Below, in pieces: positions 1-8,628 of a DNA stretch of 64,000 bases (position 1 is the stretch's first letter; each line of letters starts with the position of its first letter). Origin of the DNA: an uncultured Chloroflexia bacterium (lineage in GTDB: Bacteria; Chloroflexota; Limnocylindria; Limnocylindrales; CSP1-4); NCBI GenBank assembly GCA_963752475.1, contig CAVVYR010000029.1, forward strand, positions 128,001 to 192,000, read 5' to 3'. The position numbers and the translations under genes were made by a program. The notes under the pieces were generated by a model that was not told the DNA's origin, did no database searches, and saw nothing but the letters and a program-made list of their open reading frames with translations.

Positions 1-818
1 GGCAATTTGCAGTGCTCCTGGTAGCCCTCGCGGTAGCCGTCCATGCGCGCACCACCGATCTCGTCCTCGGCGCTGGACTCCAGCGAGACATAGGCCTTGA
101 CGTCGCACTCGAAACGTTCGGCAGCGGTGACCCCGAGGGCAGCGCCCGCGAGCCTGCCCGACTCGGCCTGGTCGATCTCGAAGAGCGAGACTTGGCACGG
201 CCCTTGGTCGTAGACGATCCCGATGGCGGGCACCTCGCCGAGCGCCTCACACACGCTCTCGGTCAGGTCGGGGAACGGTTGCATGCTGATGACGCCGGTG
301 ACGCCGGCTTCGGCCAGCTGCGCCGCACAGGCGCGCACGCCGGGTCGCGTCCAGCCAGAGTCGCACTCGACCAACCGCACGCCGGCATCGGCCGCGGCCT
401 CGCGTACGCCGCTGGAGATGATCTGCACGAACGCCTGTGACTCGTCGAGCGAGATGTAGCCGATGGCAGGCTCAGCGTCCGTGGCGGCCTCCGCAGCCTC
501 GCTGGAGGCCACGGCTTCAGAAGCCTCGGCGTCCGTGGCGGCCTCGGCAGCGTCGGGGGTCTCGGCATCCGCGGTGGCAGCAGCGTCGGGCGTCTCGGGC
601 GTCTCGGGCGTCTCGCTGGGCGTGGCTGGATCGGCGGGAACCGTGTTTGGGATCGCGGTCGCGGTCACGATCGCTTGCGCGGAGCGCTCGTTGGTGACGC
701 TCTCGCTCGTGACGGTCACGCAGGCATTGGCCACAAGGCCGATCGTCAGGAGCAAGGCGCCGGCCACGATCGTGCGACGGAGCGTATCGCGGTGGGGGTT
801 CTGGGGAACCGGGTTCAG
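1..818 (-). CDS. Sugar ABC transporter substrate-binding lipoprotein (RbsB/periplasmic binding protein type 1), runs off left window edge
   Basis: Not in the ORF track because it is truncated. Manual translation gives signal/lipobox RRTIVAGALLLTIGLVANAC, an Ala/Glu/Thr/Pro-rich linker, then PBP1-like AIGYISLDESQAFVQIISSGVREAAADAGVRLVECD...GGARMDGYREG. The start is uncertain: CTG at 818 follows a GAGGT SD-like motif. Confidence 0.75.
   Translation of the reverse strand, partial: MNPVPQNPHRDTLRRTIVAGALLLTIGLVANACVTVTSESVTNERSAQAIVTATAIPNTVPADPATPSETPETPETPDAAATADAETPDAAEAATDAEASEAVASSEAAEAATDAEPAIGYISLDESQAFVQIISSGVREAAADAGVRLVECDSGWTRPGVRACAAQLAEAGVTGVISMQPFPDLTESVCEALGEVPAIGIVYDQGPCQVSLFEIDQAESGRLAGAALGVTAAERFECDVKAYVSLESSAEDEIGGARMDGYREGYQEHCKL
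588..616 (+). repeat. 9-bp tandem repeat (gggcgtctc x3) encoding ETP repeats in the lipoprotein linker
   Basis: Seen directly: gggcgtctcgggcgtctcgggcgtctcg. Confidence 0.8.
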
Positions 819-1040
819 GTGAAGGACCTCACGGTAGACATCGCTGACGCACCGGGCGCGTCAGCGGCGACGTCAGCGGTGTCGCTCGTGCGCGAGCCCT
901 AGGAGCGCGAAGTATGGGGTTGGATCACGACGCGGGCAGCTCGTCGATCGGGCCACGAAGCGTCGATGGCACGAAGCATACCGACCTCGGCCCGAATCCG
1001 GCTGGAAACGCCCGATCAGCGGTCCAGGCGACAGGGTCGA

Positions 1041-2096
1041 TCAGCGGGCCGCCAGCGTCTGTGCCTCGTCACCCAGGCTGACGCGGATCGATACGCCGTA
1101 GGTCCGCCGCTCACCAGGCTCGAGGTACTCCAGCGTGCCGTCCTCACGATCGGAGGCTCGGCCGTTGACGGTGCAGTTGGCCGGCTCCAGACCGGTGACG
1201 TACATGCCCGGCCCGAGCATCCGCCACTGCCACATCCGGGGCAGCTCGGCGGGATCCCACGAGACCGTCAGGCCGATGCCGCCGGTGGGCTCGTAGCCCG
1301 GGTTGACGACCGAGGCGCTAACGCTCTCGTCGTCGGTGGGCAGCAGCTCATGGCGGTAGACGTTCTCGACGAAGCCGTCCTGCGGCGCGGGGAACTCGGT
1401 GCGCTGGCCCATGCCCCGGGCGGCATTCTCGTCCCGCGGCGTGATCTCTGCTGGAGGCGTGATGAGCACCGACCCATCGGCCACGACCGGATAGCCGGGA
1501 TTGCAGTGGTAGAGCAGCATCAGTCCGGCCGTCGCGTAACCCTGGTTGACGACCTCGTCACGCACATGGACGACGGTCTCGCCCATGGGCAGGGTGATGC
1601 GTCGGCGAAGCAGCAGGTCGGACCCGAAGACGTCGGTCTCACGCATCTCGCCGCTGACCTCGGCCACGAGTCGGCCGTCCTCCTCGACGACCCGATGGGT
1701 GACGTTGCGTGCCGGGATGTGGCTGATGCGCCCGTGGAGTCCGTGGCTGGTGCCTTCATCATCCGAGGGCATGCCGACGTTCTGCAGCCCGCAGGTGAGG
1801 AGCATGCCGCCGTGGAACGAGTGCAACCAGTCGGCGGAGTGGAAGTAGGCCGGGTGTACGGCCCCGGTGGTCGACTGCCAGCTGAGCTGGTGGCCACCGG
1901 CCCACACCGGTCCCAGGTCGAGCCCTCGGTCGGCCAGGATCAGGGCGGAGATGCCGCCTGCCGCGCGGGCATCGATGACCCTGGTCCCGTCCTCCTTGCC
2001 ATCGGCCAGACGGGCTGCGCGGGTGGACACGAGTTGCGACACATCGCCGACGCGACGGCGCAGCTCCAGGAGATCATGGGATACGTGCTCACTCAT
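1041..2096 (-). CDS. Aldose 1-epimerase-like protein (DUF4432 family)
   Basis: ILADRGLD, GGMLLTCGLQNVG, LHGRIS, MLLYHCNPGYP and YVTGLEP motifs. Confidence 0.85.
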   Translation of the reverse strand: MSEHVSHDLLELRRRVGDVSQLVSTRAARLADGKEDGTRVIDARAAGGISALILADRGLDLGPVWAGGHQLSWQSTTGAVHPAYFHSADWLHSFHGGMLLTCGLQNVGMPSDDEGTSHGLHGRISHIPARNVTHRVVEEDGRLVAEVSGEMRETDVFGSDLLLRRRITLPMGETVVHVRDEVVNQGYATAGLMLLYHCNPGYPVVADGSVLITPPAEITPRDENAARGMGQRTEFPAPQDGFVENVYRHELLPTDDESVSASVVNPGYEPTGGIGLTVSWDPAELPRMWQWRMLGPGMYVTGLEPANCTVNGRASDREDGTLEYLEPGERRTYGVSIRVSLGDEAQTLAAR

Positions 2097-2200
2097 GCGT
2101 TCACGGTACGCCTTTCGCGGTCGGGCCGGCGGACCGGCACGGCTATGATGGCGACCAACGACGGCCCCATGGGCTGAGCAGGGAGGACCACACCGGCACG

Positions 2201-3565
2201 ATGGCGAGGACGAGCGCGAAGCGGTCCGCAGACCAGGTCATCAGGACCTACGCCGCGGCCGACCGCGCCCAGGCCGAGCGCTCATACCTGCGAGAGCGCC
2301 AGCAGGCCGCGACCCGTGGCTGGGTGCCCAAGTCCCGCCGCTGGCGCTCCGAGGACAAGGAGCACGTGCTCACCGTGGTCTACGAGTCGGTCGATCTGGC
2401 CGACTCCTTCGCCGGGGACGAGCCGGTAGGTGAGCGCACGGCCGAGATCACCAGCCGGCCACTCGAGTGGACGCCCGAGCAGGCCCGTGAGCGTGAGGCC
2501 AAGCGGACGGTGGTCCGGACGCTGGACCTGCACTGCGCCGGCGAGCCTCTACGCCTCATCCGCAGCGGCTACCCGGCCGTGCCCCAGGGACCCATCGACG
2601 AACGCCGTGCCTGGGCCCGCGAGAACGCCGACCACATCCGCCGCATGCTGATGTACGAGCCGCGCGGACACCGTGACATGTACGGCGCGGTGCTGTTGCC
2701 GCCCCACCGGGACGACGCGGACGTGGCCGTCCTGTTCATGCACAACGAGGGCTACTCGACGATGTGCGGCCACGGCATCATCGCGCTCACGCAAGGCCTC
2801 ATCGAAGAGGGTCTCTACCCAGCCGTCACACCCGTCACCGAGATCCGCTGGGAGACGCCGGCCGGCCTCGTCGTCGCCGAGGCGGAGGTGAGCGTCGGCG
2901 TCGGTGCGGAGCCGGTCGTGCGCTCGGTGCGTTTCGTGAACGTGCCCTCGTACCTGCATACCGAGGGACTGGTCATGCGGCCGCGGGGCGTGCGCCTGTT
3001 CGGGGCGGCCGCGGAGCGTAAGGGGCTGTCGGTGCAGCTGGCCTTCGGCGGGGCCTACTACGGCATCGTCGATGTGGCCGAGCTGGGCCTGCGCGTGGTG
3101 CCCGAGCAGATCGAGCCGCTCACGCGAGCCGGCGCCGCCATCACCGAAGCCTTGCGCCGCGATCACTCCCCCACCCATCCGACCGACGAGTCGCTGAGCT
3201 TCGTCTACGGCACGATCATCGTCGACAGCGATCCCGCGTCTTCGCCCGACGGCCTCGCGACCGACGCCACCATCCGCAACGTCACCATCTTCGCGGAGGC
3301 AGAAGTGGACCGCTCGCCCTGTGGTTCCGGCACCTCTGCCCTGCTGGCGGCGCGACACGCGCTGGGCGCCTCGCAGGTCGGAGACACCATCGTCAATGCC
3401 GGCATCACCGGCGAGGCCTTCATCGCCAGCGTGGAGGACACCACCACGCTCGGCGGACATGACGCCGTCATCACCAGCGTCGAGGGCAGCGGCTACGTCA
3501 CCGGGCACGCGCGCTTCGTGCTCGACGAGCGCGATCGGCTGGGCCAGGGGTTCCTGCTGCGCTAG
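2201..3565 (+). CDS. Proline racemase / hydroxyproline epimerase family protein with ~100-aa N-terminal extension
   Basis: DLHCAGEPLR, EPRGHRDMYG, YSTMCGHG, FGGAYY and DRSPCGSGTSA (Cys/Cys catalytic pair). Confidence 0.9.
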   Translation: MARTSAKRSADQVIRTYAAADRAQAERSYLRERQQAATRGWVPKSRRWRSEDKEHVLTVVYESVDLADSFAGDEPVGERTAEITSRPLEWTPEQAREREAKRTVVRTLDLHCAGEPLRLIRSGYPAVPQGPIDERRAWARENADHIRRMLMYEPRGHRDMYGAVLLPPHRDDADVAVLFMHNEGYSTMCGHGIIALTQGLIEEGLYPAVTPVTEIRWETPAGLVVAEAEVSVGVGAEPVVRSVRFVNVPSYLHTEGLVMRPRGVRLFGAAAERKGLSVQLAFGGAYYGIVDVAELGLRVVPEQIEPLTRAGAAITEALRRDHSPTHPTDESLSFVYGTIIVDSDPASSPDGLATDATIRNVTIFAEAEVDRSPCGSGTSALLAARHALGASQVGDTIVNAGITGEAFIASVEDTTTLGGHDAVITSVEGSGYVTGHARFVLDERDRLGQGFLLR

Positions 3566-3573
3566 CGGCTGAT

Positions 3574-3891
3574 GTGACGGTCGACACAGGCACGTCATCG
3601 AAGACTCGGCAGGATACGGCCATGAACTACCTGCGAAACCTCGTCTCGACGGCCGACCAGGCCTGCGCCCATGCCCCCGCCGAGATGGCCGCTCCCAATG
3701 GGAACACCTGCGAGGCATGCGGCAGCACCAGGAGCCTGCGCATGTGTGCGGAGTGCGGCCACGTCGGCTGCTGCGACTCGCAGGCCGGCGACGCTCGGCG
3801 CCATGCACGCGAGACGAAGCACGAGGTGATGGTGGCCATGCCCGTGGGCAGTTCCTTCACGTGGTGCTACGCCTGTGACCGCTACCTCTAG
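3574..3891 (+). CDS. UBP-type zinc finger protein
   Basis: CAH...CEAC...LRMCAECGHVGCCDS...HARETKH...WCYACD pattern. The start may be ATG 3622. Confidence 0.85.
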   Translation: MTVDTGTSSKTRQDTAMNYLRNLVSTADQACAHAPAEMAAPNGNTCEACGSTRSLRMCAECGHVGCCDSQAGDARRHARETKHEVMVAMPVGSSFTWCYACDRYL

Positions 3892-5024
3892 ACCGAACCG
3901 GGCAGTGACCCACACGTCGCGAACAGGATGGGCGTGGTGCGGACCTGGCGCATGACGTGGACCGGCTCGTCGTTGACCGGCGCCACATCGAGCACCAGTC
4001 GCGATCCGACCACCCGAGCGTCGGACAGCCCGAAGGCCGCCTCGTCGTACCGGCTGAAGTTGTCGTTGAAGGGGTTGCCCTCCTCCACCAGGACCTGTCG
4101 GCCGGCCAAGTCGTCGTGCGCTTGCGTCGCATCGGGATAGGCGAAGACATAGCGACCCTGTGGCGGGGTATCGACCGCGGCACGCGTGTAGCCGACCGCC
4201 AGAGCCTCGTACCGATGGAGCGGAGCGACCGCGGCCGCAGCGCGACGAGCGGCACCCTCGAGCCAACCCATCGTCGTCTCGGAACAGGCGACCTCACCGT
4301 CGATGATGGAGGCTGCAACGGGCGTCCCCAGGGCCGACGCTGCTCGGCCGAACCCTCGCTCGGCGACCTCGGTCGGTCGCGCCACGGTCCCGTCGCGCAG
4401 GATGGTCCCCGCCTCGGCTGACCGACCAAAGACCACGGTGCGAGTGTCCTCGTCGAGCGCGACCCAGACCATCGGCTCGGTGACGGCCTGCCCGTGGATG
4501 TCGAGGCCGTGCATGTTGGCGAAGCGCAGCTGCCACGGGACCTGGGCCACCGGATCGGGTTCGTAGAGGGTGATGCCCCCAAGCCGATGCGCGGTGTAGT
4601 CGAACCCGTCGAGGGCGTCGTCGAAGCGTGACGTGTCCCAGTGCTCTCCGAAGCGCATGACGGCGAACTCGCCGTACACCCTCGCCTCCCACTCGAGATC
4701 GGCATTGCCCCAACCCCAGGTGTCGCGCCAGGCGGCGAGGCGATCGAAGCCGAGTGGCATGGTCGCCGCCTCCGCGCCGGCGATCTCGAGCATCAGCCGC
4801 TGTCGCTCGGCAAGCGGGCTATCGCCGGTGAGATGCGCGCCGCCGTGGAGCTCGCGCAGCTGAGCCCAGTCGACGAAGTCGAGGCTGGCGGGCTCGCTGT
4901 CGGACGGTACGTACGCCAGCGCCTCGAGCAATGGCGCCGGCTGGTCAGCGTGTGCCATGGCAGCCGTCGACATGGTCATCGCGAGCGCGGACCCCAGTAC
5001 AGCCCCCAGCCATAGCCCAGCCAT
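3888..5024 (-). CDS. Secreted hypothetical protein
   Basis: GGAGG SD before ATG 5024; signal peptide MAGLWLGAVLGSALAMTMSTAAMAHA; coding-like composition; no family recognised. Confidence 0.7.
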   Translation of the reverse strand: MAGLWLGAVLGSALAMTMSTAAMAHADQPAPLLEALAYVPSDSEPASLDFVDWAQLRELHGGAHLTGDSPLAERQRLMLEIAGAEAATMPLGFDRLAAWRDTWGWGNADLEWEARVYGEFAVMRFGEHWDTSRFDDALDGFDYTAHRLGGITLYEPDPVAQVPWQLRFANMHGLDIHGQAVTEPMVWVALDEDTRTVVFGRSAEAGTILRDGTVARPTEVAERGFGRAASALGTPVAASIIDGEVACSETTMGWLEGAARRAAAAVAPLHRYEALAVGYTRAAVDTPPQGRYVFAYPDATQAHDDLAGRQVLVEEGNPFNDNFSRYDEAAFGLSDARVVGSRLVLDVAPVNDEPVHVMRQVRTTPILFATCGSLPGSV

Positions 5025-5103
5025 GGTCACCTCCAGGCTGCGCAGGATGACCGTCCGCCGGGCACACTGCAACCGATGACGACCCACGCGTGTTCCTGCT
5101 TGC

Positions 5104-5673
5104 GTGTGCACTGAATGCCCGCGCCGGCTGGCTGACGACCTCGAGGCCGCGTTCCCGCGGTTCCTGGCCCACCACCAGGACCTGGTCTACGGCATCGCCC
5201 TGCGCTCGACGAAGCGGCCGGCCGATGCCGAGGACCTGGCACAAGAGGCCTTCATCCGCGCCCATCGGGCGCTCCTGGACTACCCGCCGAAGCGGATCCG
5301 CGAGCTGCGTCCGAAGGGCTGGCTGGCGGCCATCGTGGGCAACCTCGGGCGCAACCGGGCCCGGCGGAAGGCGCTTGCCACGGCCGATCTCGAGGTCGCC
5401 GTCGAGTCGCGGGCTGACGATGCTCCGGGCCCGGAAGGTCTCGCCGAAGGACGTGAATCGGCGGAGGCCTGGCGGCGACGGCTGGAGCTGCTGCCGACGA
5501 GGTACCGCCGGGCGGTCGAGCTGCGACACGTCAGCGGCCTCTCCTACCCGGAGCTGGCCGAGGCGCTGGAGCGGCCTCTGGGCACGGTCAAGTCGGACGT
5601 CCACCGGGGCGTGCGACTGCTGCGCAAGGCGTACCTCGACGAGATGAACGACGAAAGCCACGAGGTGGTGTGA
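5104..5673 (+). CDS. RNA polymerase ECF sigma-70 factor
   Basis: Region 2 DAEDLAQEAFIRA...WLAAI; region 4 LSYPELAEALERPLGTVKSDVHRG. Confidence 0.92.
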   Translation: MCTECPRRLADDLEAAFPRFLAHHQDLVYGIALRSTKRPADAEDLAQEAFIRAHRALLDYPPKRIRELRPKGWLAAIVGNLGRNRARRKALATADLEVAVESRADDAPGPEGLAEGRESAEAWRRRLELLPTRYRRAVELRHVSGLSYPELAEALERPLGTVKSDVHRGVRLLRKAYLDEMNDESHEVV

Positions 5674-6479
5674 TGGACATGCGGGAGGCGAGAGCGATGG
5701 TCAAGGCACTGCGAGCGACGGAAGCGAAGGCGCCCGAGGGGCTGGCCGATGACGTGCTGGCCGGCGTCGGACTGGTCGATTCGTGGACCGAGATCGAGGG
5801 GCCCATCGGGCCGCTGTTCGTGGCTTGGTCCGAGACGACCGGCATCACCGCCGCCGAGCGCTCGGGCGATCCTGACGGGTTCGAGACCGAATACGAGCTG
5901 CGCCACGGGCGGCCGGCTCGGCGCGTGCCAGAGATGCCCGAGGCGCTGCTCTCGCAGATCCACAAGCGCTTCGAGGGCGAGCGCACGAAGGGTCCCAGGG
6001 TCGACCTCGATACGCTCACCGAGTTCGAGAAGGCGGTCCTGCTCAAGACGATGGAGATCCCCTACGGCGAGGTCCGGCCGTACTCCTGGGTGGCGCGCGA
6101 GATCGGACGACCCAAGGCGGTGCGGGCCGTGGGCTCGGCCCTGGCGGGCAACCCCATCACCTTCGTCATCCCCTGCCATCGCGTGGTGCGAGCCGACGGT
6201 CACATCGGCAACTACGGCGCCGGTGGACCGGAGGCCAAGCGCGAGGTGCTCGAACTCGAGGGCATCGACGTCGGCGACCTTGAGCGATCGGCGGGCGCTG
6301 GTATGCGCTACACCGGCTCGGACAGCACGAACATCTACTGCTATCCCTCCTGCCGCCACGCGCGCCGTACCAGCGCCAGGCACGAAGTCCGGTTCCGCAG
6401 CGCGCAGGAAGCGCGGGATGCAGGCTATCGGCCATGCAAGGTATGCAAGCCGCTCGAGGGCACGCCCTTCGCGGCGTAG
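5670..6479 (+). CDS. Methylated-DNA-protein-cysteine methyltransferase (Ogt/MGMT) with C-terminal Ada Zn-binding domain
   Basis: IPYGEVRPYS...AVRAVGSALAGNP...IPCHRVV active site; C-terminal IYCYPSC...AGYRPCKVC. Confidence 0.92.
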   Translation: MMDMREARAMVKALRATEAKAPEGLADDVLAGVGLVDSWTEIEGPIGPLFVAWSETTGITAAERSGDPDGFETEYELRHGRPARRVPEMPEALLSQIHKRFEGERTKGPRVDLDTLTEFEKAVLLKTMEIPYGEVRPYSWVAREIGRPKAVRAVGSALAGNPITFVIPCHRVVRADGHIGNYGAGGPEAKREVLELEGIDVGDLERSAGAGMRYTGSDSTNIYCYPSCRHARRTSARHEVRFRSAQEARDAGYRPCKVCKPLEGTPFAA

Positions 6480-6488
6480 GCGCTGGCG

Positions 6489-7292
6489 CTAGCGGAGCGG
6501 GCGTCGAGCGGTCGCCGCCAGCAGCGGCCCGCGCACCTCGAAGTCCCCGGGCGAGAGAGAAGCGAGCCGACCGCCGAGCATGTCGCGTAGTCGAGCACGC
6601 TCGGCAGCGGACAGAGAGTCGATGCGCTCGTGGTCGTCGTAGTGCAGCTTGAACTCGAGATAGGAGTCGGCCGTCCAGGCGTAGGCGAGCTCGTCGCGAA
6701 CGACCTCGACCGATTCGAAGCCGGCCTGCGCCAGCTCGTCGCGGGCCTGCTCCAGGGTCACGTAGTCACCCGAGCGCGGCGAGCGGAAACCGTCGTCCTC
6801 CTCCTCGTCGATGTCTCCGAGCGCCTCGTGGTACACGGCGTCGGCCGGCAGCACGAGGTCTTGGGCCAACCAGGTCACGAAGCTGATGGAGCCGCCGGGC
6901 CGGAGCACGCGCCAGGCCTCGCCCAGGACCGCCGGCCGATCGGCCACGACCTGCAGCATGAAGGAGCTGACCACGGCCTCGACGCTGGCGTCTTGGAGCG
7001 GGACATCGGCGGCGTCAGCGGGCAACCACTCCACGCGCCCGTGCTCGCCGTCGGGGACGCGGGATCGCGCGAGCGCCAGCATCGCGCCGGAGGCATCGAG
7101 CGCCTTGACGCGCGTGGAGGGCCAGCGCCCAAGGGCCGACAGCGTCAGCGAGCCGGTGCCCGCCCCGAGGTCCAGCAGCGTGGCCGGCTCGGGTGCGATG
7201 CGGTCGAGCGTCCGACGCGCAGGACCCGCGAGGACCGGCTCCCAGTGATGGCGATAGCGGAGCGCGTCGCGATCGAGCGGCTGCTCGCTCAT
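6489..7292 (-). CDS. Class I SAM-dependent methyltransferase
   Basis: LLDLGAGTG, LDASGAML, ADAADVPL, RVLRPGG. Start moved to MSEQPLD. Confidence 0.88.
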   Translation of the reverse strand: MSEQPLDRDALRYRHHWEPVLAGPARRTLDRIAPEPATLLDLGAGTGSLTLSALGRWPSTRVKALDASGAMLALARSRVPDGEHGRVEWLPADAADVPLQDASVEAVVSSFMLQVVADRPAVLGEAWRVLRPGGSISFVTWLAQDLVLPADAVYHEALGDIDEEEDDGFRSPRSGDYVTLEQARDELAQAGFESVEVVRDELAYAWTADSYLEFKLHYDDHERIDSLSAAERARLRDMLGGRLASLSPGDFEVRGPLLAATARRPLR

Positions 7293-7311
7293 CTGGTCCG
7301 GACCGCGCCGG

Positions 7312-8628
7312 TCAGGAGTCGAAGAGGTCGACGCGGTAGATGCTGCCCTCGAGGGAGACCACGTACAGCTCGCCCGGGTCGTCCTCGCCGAACGAGACGA
7401 TGCCGCGGGGCGCGTCCAGTAGCTGATGCGCCGGCACGTCGAGCCCTTCGCGGACAGCGTCGGCATCGATGCCCCAGATGAAGCCGCTGGCGACGTCGCT
7501 GAAGAGGTACAAGCCGGCAAGGTCCTGCAAGACCTTGCCGCGGTAGACGTAGCCGCCGGTCACGCCACGGTGCGGAGTGACCTTGTCGTAGTAGTACACC
7601 GGTGCGTCGTAGAGCGAGGGATCGCAGTCGGGCATGTTGTGGCAGGTGTCGGCGCCGACGACGTGGGACCAACCGAAGTTGAAGGCGTCGTTCTTGACCG
7701 TCTCGCCGGCAGGGATGCGATTGATCTCCTCGAAGCGATCCTGGCCTACGTCCCCGATCCACATGTCGCCGGTCTCGCGGTCGAAGCTGGCGCGACGTGG
7801 ATCGCGTAGGCCGTAGGCCCAGGTCTCGGGGGCGAAGCCCTTGCGTGCCTTGACCTTGCCGTTCTTGGCCTTCTTGACGTAGGGGTTGTCGAGCGGCTTG
7901 CCGTAGAGGCGGTCGTTGGTGTCGACATCGATGCGCAGGATCTTGCCCAGGCGTGTCGAGGGCGTCTGGCCCAGGCCGTCGGGATCGCCCGGTGCAGGGC
8001 CGCCGCCATCACCGGTGGCGATGTAGAGCTTGCCGTCCGGCCCGAAGCCGATCCAGCCGCCGTTGTTGTTGATGTACTCCTGCGAGATGTTCAGCAGCGT
8101 CTTGACCGGCTTGTTGCTGGCGGCCCACTTGCAGGGCGTGCCCTTGAACTCAGCCACGATGGAGTCGTTCTTGGCCGTCGTGTAGTGCACGAAGAAGCGG
8201 CCGTTCTTCTTGAACTTGGGGTGGAAGGCGATCGAGTGCAGACCCTGCTCGGGTCCGACGCCCTTGAGCCGACCCTCGAGGTTCAGGAAGGGCCGCAGGC
8301 GGGTGGTCTCATCGGCCTCGATGACCTTGACGCGGCCACCCCGCTCCACCACGTAGCGGCACCTCTGCTTGCCGATGCCGTCATCGGCGATGTAGACGGG
8401 GGCATCGAAGCCATCGGCGAAGAGGTCGAGCCGAAGGGTGACGCTGTCGGGATCGAACTCGGAAAACGGGGTCGGCTCCGGCGTTGGCTCGACCACCTCG
8501 GCCGGTTCGGTGTCCGGCGCGGCTTCGTCTTGCGCGAGGGCGGCAGCGGGGATCATGGCTGCGAATGCCAGGGCCACCGTCAGCGCGATGGCACCCAGTC
8601 CGGGCAAGCGGATATGGAACTGGGTCAT
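7312..8628 (-). CDS. PQQ-dependent sugar (glucose/sorbosone) dehydrogenase family, secreted
   Basis: Signal peptide; EQGLHSIAFHP, NNNGGWIGFGPDG, LYIATGDGG, AYGLRDP, GDVGQ, GGYVYRG. Confidence 0.88.
   Translation of the reverse strand: MTQFHIRLPGLGAIALTVALAFAAMIPAAALAQDEAAPDTEPAEVVEPTPEPTPFSEFDPDSVTLRLDLFADGFDAPVYIADDGIGKQRCRYVVERGGRVKVIEADETTRLRPFLNLEGRLKGVGPEQGLHSIAFHPKFKKNGRFFVHYTTAKNDSIVAEFKGTPCKWAASNKPVKTLLNISQEYINNNGGWIGFGPDGKLYIATGDGGGPAPGDPDGLGQTPSTRLGKILRIDVDTNDRLYGKPLDNPYVKKAKNGKVKARKGFAPETWAYGLRDPRRASFDRETGDMWIGDVGQDRFEEINRIPAGETVKNDAFNFGWSHVVGADTCHNMPDCDPSLYDAPVYYYDKVTPHRGVTGGYVYRGKVLQDLAGLYLFSDVASGFIWGIDADAVREGLDVPAHQLLDAPRGIVSFGEDDPGELYVVSLEGSIYRVDLFDS

Noticed and set aside
480-620. 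Repetitive GC-rich stretch that could be taken for a repeat array or CRISPR
   Set aside because: Low-complexity Ala/Glu/Thr/Pro linker inside the lipoprotein CDS; no constant repeat-spacer structure and no cas genes.
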